A DNA stretch of 64,000 nt, taken from the IMG/VR virus record IMGVR_UViG_3300027969_000051; one strand, given 5' to 3'. Of the stretch, positions 16,833 through 27,600 are shown one piece after another; within the stretch, counting starts at the first letter, position 1; each line of letters begins with the position of its first letter. The position numbers and the translations under genes are program-made. The DNA is from an uncultured virus (IMG/VR IMGVR_UViG_3300027969_000051) (lineage: Duplodnaviria > Heunggongvirae > Uroviricota > Caudoviricetes). Below the pieces are notes generated by a model. The model saw only the letters and a program-made list of their open reading frames with translations. It was not told the DNA's origin and did not search any database.

Positions 16833-19073
16833 ATGCCTGTAAATGCCGCCACAATTGGATCTGCCGCAGTAGCAGGAGTAGCTGTAGTTAAGGGATTAGA
16901 TACGTCGGGTCCGGCAGCCGGCATATCTGAGGGCGGTGGAGGAGGCGGATTCTTAAGTTCGTTTAAAGCATTTTTTAGTTCCGGAGCTTCCGGTATTAAA
17001 TTGCCTATATCTAACCCGCTCCATCGATATGCCAGTTATGATTATGTTTTAGGATTAAGTCCTCTTACTTCAAAAAGTCTTAACTTTCCTAATAGCACGT
17101 ATCGAACTGGCAAGCGTCTAGCTTTGATAGCAAAATCAGCTGGTATGGATCCTAATAACAGGATTTCAACACCATACGGAAAATTTGATTTTTTTATTGA
17201 CAACCTAGACATTAAATCAGTAATGGGCTTTGAAAAAGGAGCTAATAACAATGCGACAACAATCACATTTGACGTAATTGAACCGTATAGTATGGGCATG
17301 TTCCTAATTACCATGCAACAGGCCGCCGCCACAGCGGGTCACAAAAATTGGGCCGCGGCACCGTTCTTGCTTACTATTGATTTCCGAGGCGCAGATGAAA
17401 CTGGAAGGATGTCGTTAGTTAGTGGTGCAAGTAAACAGATTCCGTTTATATTAAAAGACATAGATACTAAGGTAACCGAAGCCGGATCAGTACACAGCGT
17501 AAAAGCACTAGCCTGGCAATTTCAGGGGCACGACACAGCAGTTATAAAAGCAAAATCAGAAATTAGTATTTCTGGAAAAACAGTTCAAGAGATTTTGCAA
17601 ACAGGAAAAAACAGCCTGCAAGCAGTATGGAATCAACGCCAGCAACAACTAGTAGATGACGGTACCCAAGCTACAGCAAATCAGGTATTAATATTATTTC
17701 CAACGAGTATCGATTCCGGTCCTGCACCAGGAGCAGGCGCCGGCGGTATAATTGAAAGTGTTACTGGCGCAACAATTCCTTCGTTTACCCAGTCAGCCGG
17801 CGATATAAAGACATCATTAAACGTATCTGAAAGTTCTGTTAATAAAACCCTAGTTCAGGCAGAAGGAGATTGTAACCCGATAGGCAAGGCCAGCCTTGGG
17901 CATGGTGTTACGAAACCAGCTACAGCACCGATGGGGTCAGACGCAGAACTTTATAGCAAAGAACGCGACCAATGGGTACCTAGTAAAAATACCCCAGACC
18001 CACAAATTACAACTAAAGTCTACCCCCAATCACAGTCTTTGTACACTATTATCAATAATGTAATCCAAACTAGTGACTATGCAGTAACGGCATTAAGTGC
18101 GGACAATATTGATACTTTAGGATTTAGACTATGGTGGCGAATTGATCTTCGTTGTTATAATGTTGACGACCCGGCGAATAATGATACCACCGGAGTACCT
18201 CCTAAATTGTTTGTTTACCAAGTGATTCCATATCGAGCACATACTAGCAATTTACCGGCGGTTAACGTAAAATCACCTGGCTTTGCCGAGATGAAAAAGA
18301 AAGCTGTTAAGATCTATAATTATATCTATACAGGAAAAAATACCGATATCATCAGTGTTAATATTAACTTACACGCATCATTAAGAGCGGCACTGCCTAT
18401 TGATGCCGCAGGTAAAACAAGCGAATCTGTGCAAGATGCAAAAAAGAATGCCAGCTCGGGAAAATCTAAACCAGACGCAGATTTGAAACCATTAGGTAAA
18501 GGTGAAGAAGCTCCAAAGGGTGCGATGTCTCCTGGACAAGCTGTTAATTCAAAAACTGAATCAGCTAATGACCGTGTCGGCGGCGACGGAACCGACACTG
18601 AAGGCACCCGCGCCGCCAAGTATTTTCATGATGCACTAACTTATGGTAGTGATATGATAAAACTTAATATGGATATTATCGGCGATCCGTATTATATTGC
18701 CTGTGAAGGAAATTATCAAGCAGGGGAAAAAGACACCTACCTAGGTGACGACGGAAGTATTAACTATCAACGCGGCGAAGTCGATATAGTAGTTAATTTT
18801 AGAAGTCCTTTAGATATTAATCAACAGTCTGGTTTATATAACTTTGGGATAAATTCACCCACTGCACCACAACAACAATTTTCAGGGTTATATCGAGTTC
18901 AAAAAATTATGAACCACTTTAAAGGCGGTCAGTTTACACAGACTTTAGAATTGCGCAGACGTGTTAATCAAGAAAATAAGATCACAGGGAAAAAAGATCA
19001 ATTGTATAATTCAAGTGAAACTGCACCGGCGGCAAAGAGCGGTGACACTAAAACTGGAAGCGGGGCAGAATAA
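16833..19073 (+). CDS. Baseplate hub protein (gp27-like)
   Basis: Between gp53-like and gp5-like genes; IIGDPYY and FSGLYRVQKIMNHFKGGQFTQTLEL C-terminal hub motifs. Confidence 0.7.
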   Translation: MPVNAATIGSAAVAGVAVVKGLDTSGPAAGISEGGGGGGFLSSFKAFFSSGASGIKLPISNPLHRYASYDYVLGLSPLTSKSLNFPNSTYRTGKRLALIAKSAGMDPNNRISTPYGKFDFFIDNLDIKSVMGFEKGANNNATTITFDVIEPYSMGMFLITMQQAAATAGHKNWAAAPFLLTIDFRGADETGRMSLVSGASKQIPFILKDIDTKVTEAGSVHSVKALAWQFQGHDTAVIKAKSEISISGKTVQEILQTGKNSLQAVWNQRQQQLVDDGTQATANQVLILFPTSIDSGPAPGAGAGGIIESVTGATIPSFTQSAGDIKTSLNVSESSVNKTLVQAEGDCNPIGKASLGHGVTKPATAPMGSDAELYSKERDQWVPSKNTPDPQITTKVYPQSQSLYTIINNVIQTSDYAVTALSADNIDTLGFRLWWRIDLRCYNVDDPANNDTTGVPPKLFVYQVIPYRAHTSNLPAVNVKSPGFAEMKKKAVKIYNYIYTGKNTDIISVNINLHASLRAALPIDAAGKTSESVQDAKKNASSGKSKPDADLKPLGKGEEAPKGAMSPGQAVNSKTESANDRVGGDGTDTEGTRAAKYFHDALTYGSDMIKLNMDIIGDPYYIACEGNYQAGEKDTYLGDDGSINYQRGEVDIVVNFRSPLDINQQSGLYNFGINSPTAPQQQFSGLYRVQKIMNHFKGGQFTQTLELRRRVNQENKITGKKDQLYNSSETAPAAKSGDTKTGSGAE

Positions 19074-20695
19074 TGGCTTACGATCATCAAACCGATCTAT
19101 ATTCACCAAGCGAAGACACCCCAGTAAGAAATTCAGGCCCGTTCACAGCAACTATAGTCGGTCATCAAGACTCTACATTTATGGGTCGATTACAAGTTAT
19201 TTTAAAAAGACCAACTGGTAACGCAAACGTAGACGGCCAAACAATAGCAGTTGATTACATTTCTCCGTTTTACGGAGTAACTGGTGTTGCATATATCGGA
19301 TCTGATAAAGACAACGATGACTATAATAATACTCAGAAGAGCTATGGCATGTGGATGGTGCCCCCTGATGTAGGTACTACGGTAATGGTGATTTTCGCCA
19401 ACGGTGATTTTTCAGCAGGCTACTGGTTTGGATGTGTGCAAGATCAATATATGAATTTTATGGTGCCCGGACTAGCCGCAACACAAAATGTTGTCGACGG
19501 CGACGGCGAAACACGAGAATCAGTTGCAGAGTATAACAAAAATATTAATTCTAATATCAGTGATACAACAAAATTTAAAAAACCTAGACATTATCTGGCA
19601 GATGTAATAGGTAGTCAGGGCCTAGCTAAAGATGATATACGAGGCACAACTACAAGTAGTGCAAGACGAGAGACTCCTAGCTTGGTATTTGGAATTAGTA
19701 CACCCGGCCCTATTGATAAACGACCAGATGCTAAAAGAGGGCCTGTGGGCACTCGAGAAAAGTTAATTTCAAATTATCCAGTTAGTCGTCTAGGAGGCAC
19801 AACTTTTGTAATGGACGATGGAGACTCAAGATTTTTAAGAAAAACTCTTGCAGCCGAAGGCCCGCCAGAATATGCTGAAGTAAACAAAGATGAAAGCGAC
19901 GGTAATGTAACACTGCCACATAACGAACTTGTAAGAATTCGTACACGTACCGGTCATCAAATTTTATTACATAACACTGAAGATTTAATCTACATTGGAA
20001 ATGCCAGCGGTACCACATGGATTGAATTAACTAGCAACGGCAAGATAGACATTTATGCTAAAGATAGTATCAGTGTACATACTAAACAAGATATAAATTT
20101 TCTTGCAGATCGAGACATTAATTTAGAAGCTAATCGCAATATCAATATGAAAGCCGCAGGCTGGGTACAAGTTGAAACTGGCGATAATTTTAATTTAATA
20201 ATCGCAAAAGACGGATTTATCACAACTACAGGCAGTCTACAAGTCAATACTACTGAGATGAATAACTTTACGTCTACTGGTGATACAAATATTAAAAGTT
20301 CTGTTAAAATTAATTTTGCATCTGCTGAAGATACTAATATTCTAGCCGGAGCAAAACTTACACAAAATGCAGCCGCATACTATTCTCTCCCCGGTGGTGG
20401 AGGAGTAGGAGCAGTTACAGCAGTTGCTATGGATGCATCTACTGCATCTGCATTATTAACATTTGATAATATCTATAACGCCAACGGAGATAAAGTAGTT
20501 AGTATTATGAAACGTGTGCCAAACGCTGAACCTTGGCCACAACACGAAAATCTAGACCCAGCAACAATGACTGCTGAAAAAACTGACAGAGAAGATACAA
20601 CACCAATAACATTTAGCAACGGAAAAACAGATGCTCCTGATTTCTATGCAACATACACTACAGCATCTGACACCTTTAATAAGGAAGCAAACTAA
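19073..20695 (+). CDS. gp5: Central spike, gp5/VgrG-like, with no recognisable lysozyme domain
   Basis: GRLQV, SYGMWMVPPDVG..V.V.F..GD OB-fold; RTRTGHQILLHN; beta-helix-like repeats. Confidence 0.8.
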   Translation: MAYDHQTDLYSPSEDTPVRNSGPFTATIVGHQDSTFMGRLQVILKRPTGNANVDGQTIAVDYISPFYGVTGVAYIGSDKDNDDYNNTQKSYGMWMVPPDVGTTVMVIFANGDFSAGYWFGCVQDQYMNFMVPGLAATQNVVDGDGETRESVAEYNKNINSNISDTTKFKKPRHYLADVIGSQGLAKDDIRGTTTSSARRETPSLVFGISTPGPIDKRPDAKRGPVGTREKLISNYPVSRLGGTTFVMDDGDSRFLRKTLAAEGPPEYAEVNKDESDGNVTLPHNELVRIRTRTGHQILLHNTEDLIYIGNASGTTWIELTSNGKIDIYAKDSISVHTKQDINFLADRDINLEANRNINMKAAGWVQVETGDNFNLIIAKDGFITTTGSLQVNTTEMNNFTSTGDTNIKSSVKINFASAEDTNILAGAKLTQNAAAYYSLPGGGGVGAVTAVAMDASTASALLTFDNIYNANGDKVVSIMKRVPNAEPWPQHENLDPATMTAEKTDREDTTPITFSNGKTDAPDFYATYTTASDTFNKEAN

Positions 20696-21126
20696 TGAGT
20701 ATATACAGTAAAATTACACTCCCGGCACACCCTAATCCAACAATCGCCGGCCCCCAAATGTATCGAGGATTTAGCACAGTAAACACTAACACAAAGAACT
20801 TTGCGCTGTACGATTTTGAATTAATTAAACAAGATCTAATTAACCACTTTTATATTCGTCAGGGTGAACGATTAATGAATCCAGGGTACGGGTGCGTTAT
20901 TTGGGATCTAATTTTTGAACCGTTAACTGAAGAAGTCAAAGAACTCATTATCGAAAACGTTAATGTCATTATTAACTCTGACCCTAGAGTACATGCTAGC
21001 AACGTGGTTGTAACTGGTTACGACACTGGTATACAACTAGAATATACGCTAACATACACGCAATATAATCTATCTGAGAATTTAAAATTCCAGTTTGATC
21101 AAGCTGCCGGGCTAGCCGCAGAATAA
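20695..21126 (+). CDS. gp25: Baseplate wedge / sheath initiator, gp25-like
   Basis: IKQDLINHF..RQGERLMNPGYG..IWDLIFEP, DPRV. Confidence 0.9.
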   Translation: MSIYSKITLPAHPNPTIAGPQMYRGFSTVNTNTKNFALYDFELIKQDLINHFYIRQGERLMNPGYGCVIWDLIFEPLTEEVKELIIENVNVIINSDPRVHASNVVVTGYDTGIQLEYTLTYTQYNLSENLKFQFDQAAGLAAE

Positions 21127-21147
21127 ACTACCCACATAATTTTATTC

Positions 21148-21155
21148 AATAAATA
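21148..21155 (+). promoter_or_regulatory. Late promoter (AATAAATA)
   Basis: Upstream of AGGA SD and ATG at 21174. Confidence 0.65.
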
Positions 21156-21173
21156 CAGTTATTAGGACATACA

Positions 21174-24100
21174 ATGAGTTCAACATCGAGACAAAATAAT
21201 TTACTTTTAGCAGAAGATTGGCAAAAGATTTACCAATCTTTTAAAAATGCTGACTTTCAAAGTTACGACTTTGAAAATCTTCGTCGTACGATGGTTGATT
21301 ACATTCGTACAAATTTTCCAGAAGATTTTAACGATTATGTTGAAAGCTCAGAGTATCTTGCGCTTATCGATCTAATTGCGTTTGTTGGGCAAAGCATTGC
21401 ATTTCGTGTCGATTTAAATGCTCGTGAAAACTTTTTAGAACTAGCAGAACGTCGCGACAGTATTCTTCGCCTAGCAAGATTAATTAGCTATAATGCTAAA
21501 CGTACTATCGCCGCACAGGGATTATTAAAATTTACTACAGTGCAAACAACTGAAAATGTTATTGACATTAACGGCCGAAATATTTCTGGGCAATTTATAA
21601 CCTGGAATGACCCTAGTAATTCTAATTGGTATGACCAATTTATTAGAGTGATTAATGCAGCCATGCCGCAGACACAACAATTTGGAAGTCCGGCAGATAG
21701 CGCACAGATATTCGGAGTTCCTACTGCACAATATCGATTTAACGGTACAAACACAGATGTACCGGTTTATGGATTTACTAAATCAGTAGCCGGCCGCAGT
21801 ATGGATTTTGAAATTACAAGTACAACATTCAATGGGCAAACATTCATCTACGAAGAATCGCCTAAAGTTGGTAATTCTATTGCATGTATCTACAAGGATG
21901 ACGGATATGGTCCTGGAAGTCCCGGCACTGGATTCTTTTTTAATTTTACTCAAGGTACATTAAATGCAGGATCGTTTACTGTAACAAATCCAAGTAGCAA
22001 CGAAACTATCGGAATTGACACTCAAAATATTAACAATACCGATGTATGGTTATATCAATTGGATCAGAGTACCGGTAACGAATCTACATTGTGGACACAA
22101 GTGCCCGCACTGACCGGTAACAACATCATCTATAATACTATAAATCAAAAAATTAAAACGATTTATAATGTAATTACACGAGCTGGCGACGCATTAACCC
22201 TATCGTTTAGTGACGGCACTTTTGGCGCTCGCCCCTTAGGAACATTTAGAATTTATTATCGAATCAGTAATAATCTAGCGTATGTTATAAATCCAGCAGA
22301 TATTTCAAACGTGCTAATAAGCATTCCTTATACATCAGCCGCAGGCCAAACGGAAACATTAACAGTATCTCTTAGCCTCGAGACATCAGTTACTAATGCA
22401 ACACAGTCAGAGACTAACGAGAGTGTTAAGACAAATGCGCCACAGACGTATTATACACAAAATAGAATGATCACTGCTGAAGATTATAACATTAGTCCGC
22501 TTGCCGCAAATTCTCAGATTACAAAAGTTAAATCAGTTAACAGAACATCAAGCGGTATTAGTCGATATTTTGATTTAACAGACCCAACCGGAAAATATTC
22601 GTCAACTAATTTATTCGCTGACGACGGAGTGCTATATCAACAGCAATATATAGCTGGTACAAATTTTACCTATATTTCTAAAACAGATATTAGCGGAGTG
22701 ATAGTTAACACTATAACTCCAATTCTTGAAGATGTTAATCTTAGAAACTTTTACTATCAAAATTTTGTAAACTATCTAACATCTAGCTTAAATGTTTCCT
22801 GGTATGGAGTAACTACTGATAGTAACAGCTCGACTGGCTTTATTGGAGAAACAACAACAGCAACGCCACTACCTGCCGGACCAGGATATACACTAACCGA
22901 TTTAAAGTATATAACCAACGGAGCACTTATAAAATTTACAGCACCAGTTATTGCAAACGTTCAGTATTATTTTAATACTAAGCGTAATAATGTGTTAACA
23001 ACAGGGCTTCCAAATACACCCGGATTAGTTACATATCTGTGGGCTACAGTTATTTCAACAACTGGCGATTCTACAGCCAACGGCGCCGGAACGCTTACTA
23101 CTGGGTTTGGTCCAATTAAACTAAGCAAGGCTGTACAAACATTAAGATCTGCATCCGGAGTAGTAGTTGCGGCACCACTGCTATCTCAGATAATTCCACA
23201 GTTTTCTACAAAAATAACATCAAGCGTTAAAGCCGCAATGATAGATTTAATTTATGATAATGCATCGTTCGGTCTTCGGTATGATGCAGCCGCGCAAGCA
23301 TGGCAGTTAATTTTTGAAAGTAATTTAGATTCAATCAGTGCATTTAGTCTAGCTAACCAAGGGTCTACTACTAATACACAGCAAGATGCAAGTTGGTTTT
23401 TATTGTTTACAACTAACACAGAATATTATACTGTTACTGCAAGACAACTAAGATATGTTTTTGAAAGTGATAAAGAAATTTCTTTTTATTTTGATGATGT
23501 AACTAAAATGTTTGATCTTGTAACTGGAAATACTATTACAGATCTAATCAAAGTTTTAGATATTAACACACAGCCTGATAATTCATACCCGTTGTCAACT
23601 ACCTACGAGTGGGGAATTGTTTCAGAATATATTGGACAAGATGGGTATATTGATCCTAAAAAAATTATAGTAACATTTTCAGATCCTCAAGATACTGGAA
23701 CTGTAGATAATCCCCAATTGTTTTTAGATATTGTTAGCCCTACAGTTAACCAGTCAACAAAGTATGTTGTTCAAGAACGATACAATATCACACAAGGGCA
23801 AGAAGATTACAGGTATGTATACAATGAGCCGACATTGGGACCAGTGATTATTTTACCTTCAAGATCAAGTATTTCTTCACTTGTTGATTATGCCGACGGC
23901 ACCTATTTTTACTTTATAGATACGCAAGTTGTAACTCAATTAAATTTAACAACATCAATATTAGAACCGACATTGAATTATAAAGTGTTTGTTGGCAGAG
24001 ATAAACTACGTTTTCAATATCTGCATAGTGCCGACTATGATTCAAGAATAGATCCGGGGATAAGCAACATCATCGATGTGTATGTATTAACAAATAGTTA

Positions 24101-24686
24101 CGATGTTCAGTTTAGGCAATGGCTAAATGGTTCAAATGTTGCGCAACCATTACCGCCAAGCTCTGATGAACTTAATTCAGTACTAGCACCTAATTTAAAT
24201 TTAATTAAATCTATATCAGATGAAATTATATATCATCCAGTTAGCTACATTTTACTATTCGGCGCCAAGGCAGAACCTAGTCTTCAAGCAAATTTTAATG
24301 TAGTAAAAAACCCGACATCTGCAGTGTCTAATGCTGATATTACTGCTAGAGTATTAACTGCAATTAATGAATTCTTTAGTTTAGAGAATTGGGACTTTGG
24401 AGATACATTTTATTTTACAGAGTTATCAACTTATGTGATGACAAAACTAGCACCTGATATTACAAACTTTGTGATAGTACCTAGCCAAACAGGTCAATAT
24501 TTTGGTAGTTTATTTGAAATTAAATGTCCAACAGATCAAATTTTCTTAAGTTGTGCAACAACATCAAATATTATTATAGTGACAGGTTATACATCAAGCA
24601 ATCTTAAAACAGTAACAGGACAAGGGTTAACCTCAACTACAATGACTCAACAAATCAACAGTGCAAATTATGGGGCAAATAATTAA
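21174..24686 (+). CDS. gp6: Baseplate wedge protein, gp6-like
   Basis: DFENLR, ENFLELAERRDSILRLARLISY, FSDGTFG, NAPQTYYTQNRMITAEDY. Confidence 0.9.
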   Translation: MSSTSRQNNLLLAEDWQKIYQSFKNADFQSYDFENLRRTMVDYIRTNFPEDFNDYVESSEYLALIDLIAFVGQSIAFRVDLNARENFLELAERRDSILRLARLISYNAKRTIAAQGLLKFTTVQTTENVIDINGRNISGQFITWNDPSNSNWYDQFIRVINAAMPQTQQFGSPADSAQIFGVPTAQYRFNGTNTDVPVYGFTKSVAGRSMDFEITSTTFNGQTFIYEESPKVGNSIACIYKDDGYGPGSPGTGFFFNFTQGTLNAGSFTVTNPSSNETIGIDTQNINNTDVWLYQLDQSTGNESTLWTQVPALTGNNIIYNTINQKIKTIYNVITRAGDALTLSFSDGTFGARPLGTFRIYYRISNNLAYVINPADISNVLISIPYTSAAGQTETLTVSLSLETSVTNATQSETNESVKTNAPQTYYTQNRMITAEDYNISPLAANSQITKVKSVNRTSSGISRYFDLTDPTGKYSSTNLFADDGVLYQQQYIAGTNFTYISKTDISGVIVNTITPILEDVNLRNFYYQNFVNYLTSSLNVSWYGVTTDSNSSTGFIGETTTATPLPAGPGYTLTDLKYITNGALIKFTAPVIANVQYYFNTKRNNVLTTGLPNTPGLVTYLWATVISTTGDSTANGAGTLTTGFGPIKLSKAVQTLRSASGVVVAAPLLSQIIPQFSTKITSSVKAAMIDLIYDNASFGLRYDAAAQAWQLIFESNLDSISAFSLANQGSTTNTQQDASWFLLFTTNTEYYTVTARQLRYVFESDKEISFYFDDVTKMFDLVTGNTITDLIKVLDINTQPDNSYPLSTTYEWGIVSEYIGQDGYIDPKKIIVTFSDPQDTGTVDNPQLFLDIVSPTVNQSTKYVVQERYNITQGQEDYRYVYNEPTLGPVIILPSRSSISSLVDYADGTYFYFIDTQVVTQLNLTTSILEPTLNYKVFVGRDKLRFQYLHSADYDSRIDPGISNIIDVYVLTNSYDVQFRQWLNGSNVAQPLPPSSDELNSVLAPNLNLIKSISDEIIYHPVSYILLFGAKAEPSLQANFNVVKNPTSAVSNADITARVLTAINEFFSLENWDFGDTFYFTELSTYVMTKLAPDITNFVIVPSQTGQYFGSLFEIKCPTDQIFLSCATTSNIIIVTGYTSSNLKTVTGQGLTSTTMTQQINSANYGANN

Positions 24687-27600
24687 TGGCAACAAATAAA
24701 CTCCCAAACGCAAATGGTCTTAGTGTTAACTTATTACCGGATTTTTATCAAACTTCTACCAATAAGAAATTTTTACAGGCTACGATTGATCAGTTATACC
24801 AACCTGGTACTGTTACCAAGACTAGCGGGTTTATAGGTAGTCAAACGGCCAAAGCTACTTCCGGTGAAGATGTGTATGTTGGAGCGCCGTCGGTCACGAG
24901 ACAAAACTATCAGCTAGACCCTGGAATAGTTATCAAAGACGAATTAGACAACATAACATTTTTTAAAGACTATCAAGATTATATTAATCAATTAGGAGTA
25001 TTCGGAGCTAACACTAGCAACCATGCTCGATTGAATAAGCAAGAATTTTACAGTTGGGATCCGCATATTGATTGGGATAAGTTTGTCAATTTCCAGAACT
25101 ATTACTGGCTTCCGTACGGCCCGTCTCTAATAACAATTTATGGACAGTCGACTGCGATCGCCAGTACGTACACTGTTGAAATTCAAGACGAGCAGAACAG
25201 ATATCAATATTTGTTCACCCCCAACGGATTAGATTTAAACCCATCAATTAAATTATACAGAGGGCAAACGTATCATTTTGATATTAACAGCCCGGCAAAT
25301 CCTTTTTCGTTTAAACTTCTCAGAAGTATAGGGCAGTCTGACAGATATGTTATCCCCGGTATTAGCGGGTACGGTGTTGAGACCGGAACTATTACTTTTA
25401 CTATTCCTAGTGATTCACCAAGTGTGCTGTTCTATCAAAGTGAAGCTGATATTAATCTCGGCGGTATCGTTGAAATATACGATATTGAAGAGTCGTCAAA
25501 AATTGATGTTACAAATGATATTCTAGGTAAAAAAACATATTCGTTAGCAAACGGTCTTTCGTTAAGCAACGGTATGAAAGTAGCGTTCGGCGGCCTCGTT
25601 ACACCTGATACCTATGCATCCGGACAATATTATGTTGAAGGGGTAGGCACTGCAATAAAGCTAGTTCCAGAAAGCATCTTAGAAATTATAAGCCCTTATA
25701 CAACAGCACAATCAATATTGTTTGATTCAACACCATTTGATACTGAACCATTTAGTGATAGCACTGGATTTGCAAGTCTAAAAGATTATATTGTTATAAA
25801 CCGATCAAGCAAAGACCATAATCCGTGGAGCAGATATAATCGTTGGTTTCATAAAGATGTTATTTCAGCGAGTGCATCATACAACGGAACTACTACGACC
25901 TTAAATCAAGAATCTCGTGCTAACAGATCTATTATAGAATTTGAAGCAGATTTAAAATTATTTAATTTTGGCGCAACTGCGATTACTGATGTTGATCTAG
26001 TTGACGACTATACCTCGGATATTTTTTCAGAGATTGAAGGAACTCGTGGTTACAACATTGATGGGGTACAACTAACTGAAGGATTAAAAATATTATTTAC
26101 AGCAGATCCTGACCCTCTTGTAAAAGATAAGATATTTCAGGTGTCGTTTTTAATAATACAAGGGATTCGTCAGATCCATTTAGAAGAGATATTAATTCCA
26201 CAGTACGATCAAGTTACCTTAGTTCGTCAAGGAGTAAAGTATCAAAGTCAAATGCTATGGTACAATGGTATTACATGGATCTCTGCTCAACAGAAAACAA
26301 ATACAAATCAAAGTCCGTTATTTGATCTAGTTGATGAGACCGAAACAAGTTATGGAAATACTGAAGCCTATCCAGGATCTACATTCGTTGGAACTCCGAT
26401 TTTTTCTTACAAGATTGCGACTACTGGCACAACAGACGCTGTATTAGGATTTAAACTAAGCTATCAAAATGTAAACAACGTTGGCGACATATTATTTCAA
26501 TTTAATCTCGCCAATGATACATTTGAATATAAAACAACTTCTTCTGTAGTTTCTCAAGCAATTAATACTGGATATTTAATAAGAAAAGACTATGTAGGTA
26601 ATCCGATATATGTTAACGGATGGCAAATTTGCCAAACAACAAACGTGCAAGCCGCCCGACGAGTTTATAAAAATTCTGGAAAAGTTAATAATTTTAATCT
26701 TGATATTTTTGACGATGTTTCTAAATTAACTGATTTAGTGGTAAAAGTTTATGTTAATGGCGTTCGCCTTGCATCAACTAGCTGGCAATTAGTTAATGGC
26801 TCAAATTATAAGATTATTAATCTTAACGCTGACATTGCATTAACTGACATTCTACTAATTAGAGCATTCTCATCGCAGCCAATTAATGAAAATGGATTCT
26901 ATGAGATACCATTTAACCTGCAAAATAATCCATTGAACGATTACATGGCAGAGTTTACATTAGGTGAAGTATCAGACCATGTAAATTCAATTGTTGATAA
27001 TGTAGCTAACTTCAGCGGAGCATTTCCGGGTGCCAGCAATTTACGAGATTTAGGAAGTGTGTCACAGTACGGTACTAAATTTGTACAGCACAGCGGCCCA
27101 GTTAGTCTTGCACTCTACCATCTTACCTCAGAAAAAAACAACGTTATCAAGGCGATTGAAAAAAGTAGAGAAGATTATAATTCTTTTAAAAGAAATTTTG
27201 TAAATGTTCTAGGAACAGTTGCGGCAGAGGGCGTATCAACATCAGACTTTGTTGAAGGATTAATGGCAAAAATTAATCAAAACTCGGCAGTATCATCTAC
27301 ATACTGGTTCTCCGATATGCTAGCGTTTGGGGCACAAAGCAAGACAGATCTTACAGTCGTGGATTTTCGTATACGGGAATACCCGTTAACAGATCCGTTT
27401 TCTTTAAATGTATTGTCTAGTAAAGCAGTTCACATTTATCTTAATGGAGAACAATTACTATACGGGTTACAGTATACGTTTAATGACCAAGGGTTTGTAA
27501 TAATTTTAGATTCTGTTATTCTAGTTAACGGCGATATTATTACCACAATTGAATATGACAGCACCGATGGCAGCTTAGTCCCAGCAACTCCTACTAAATT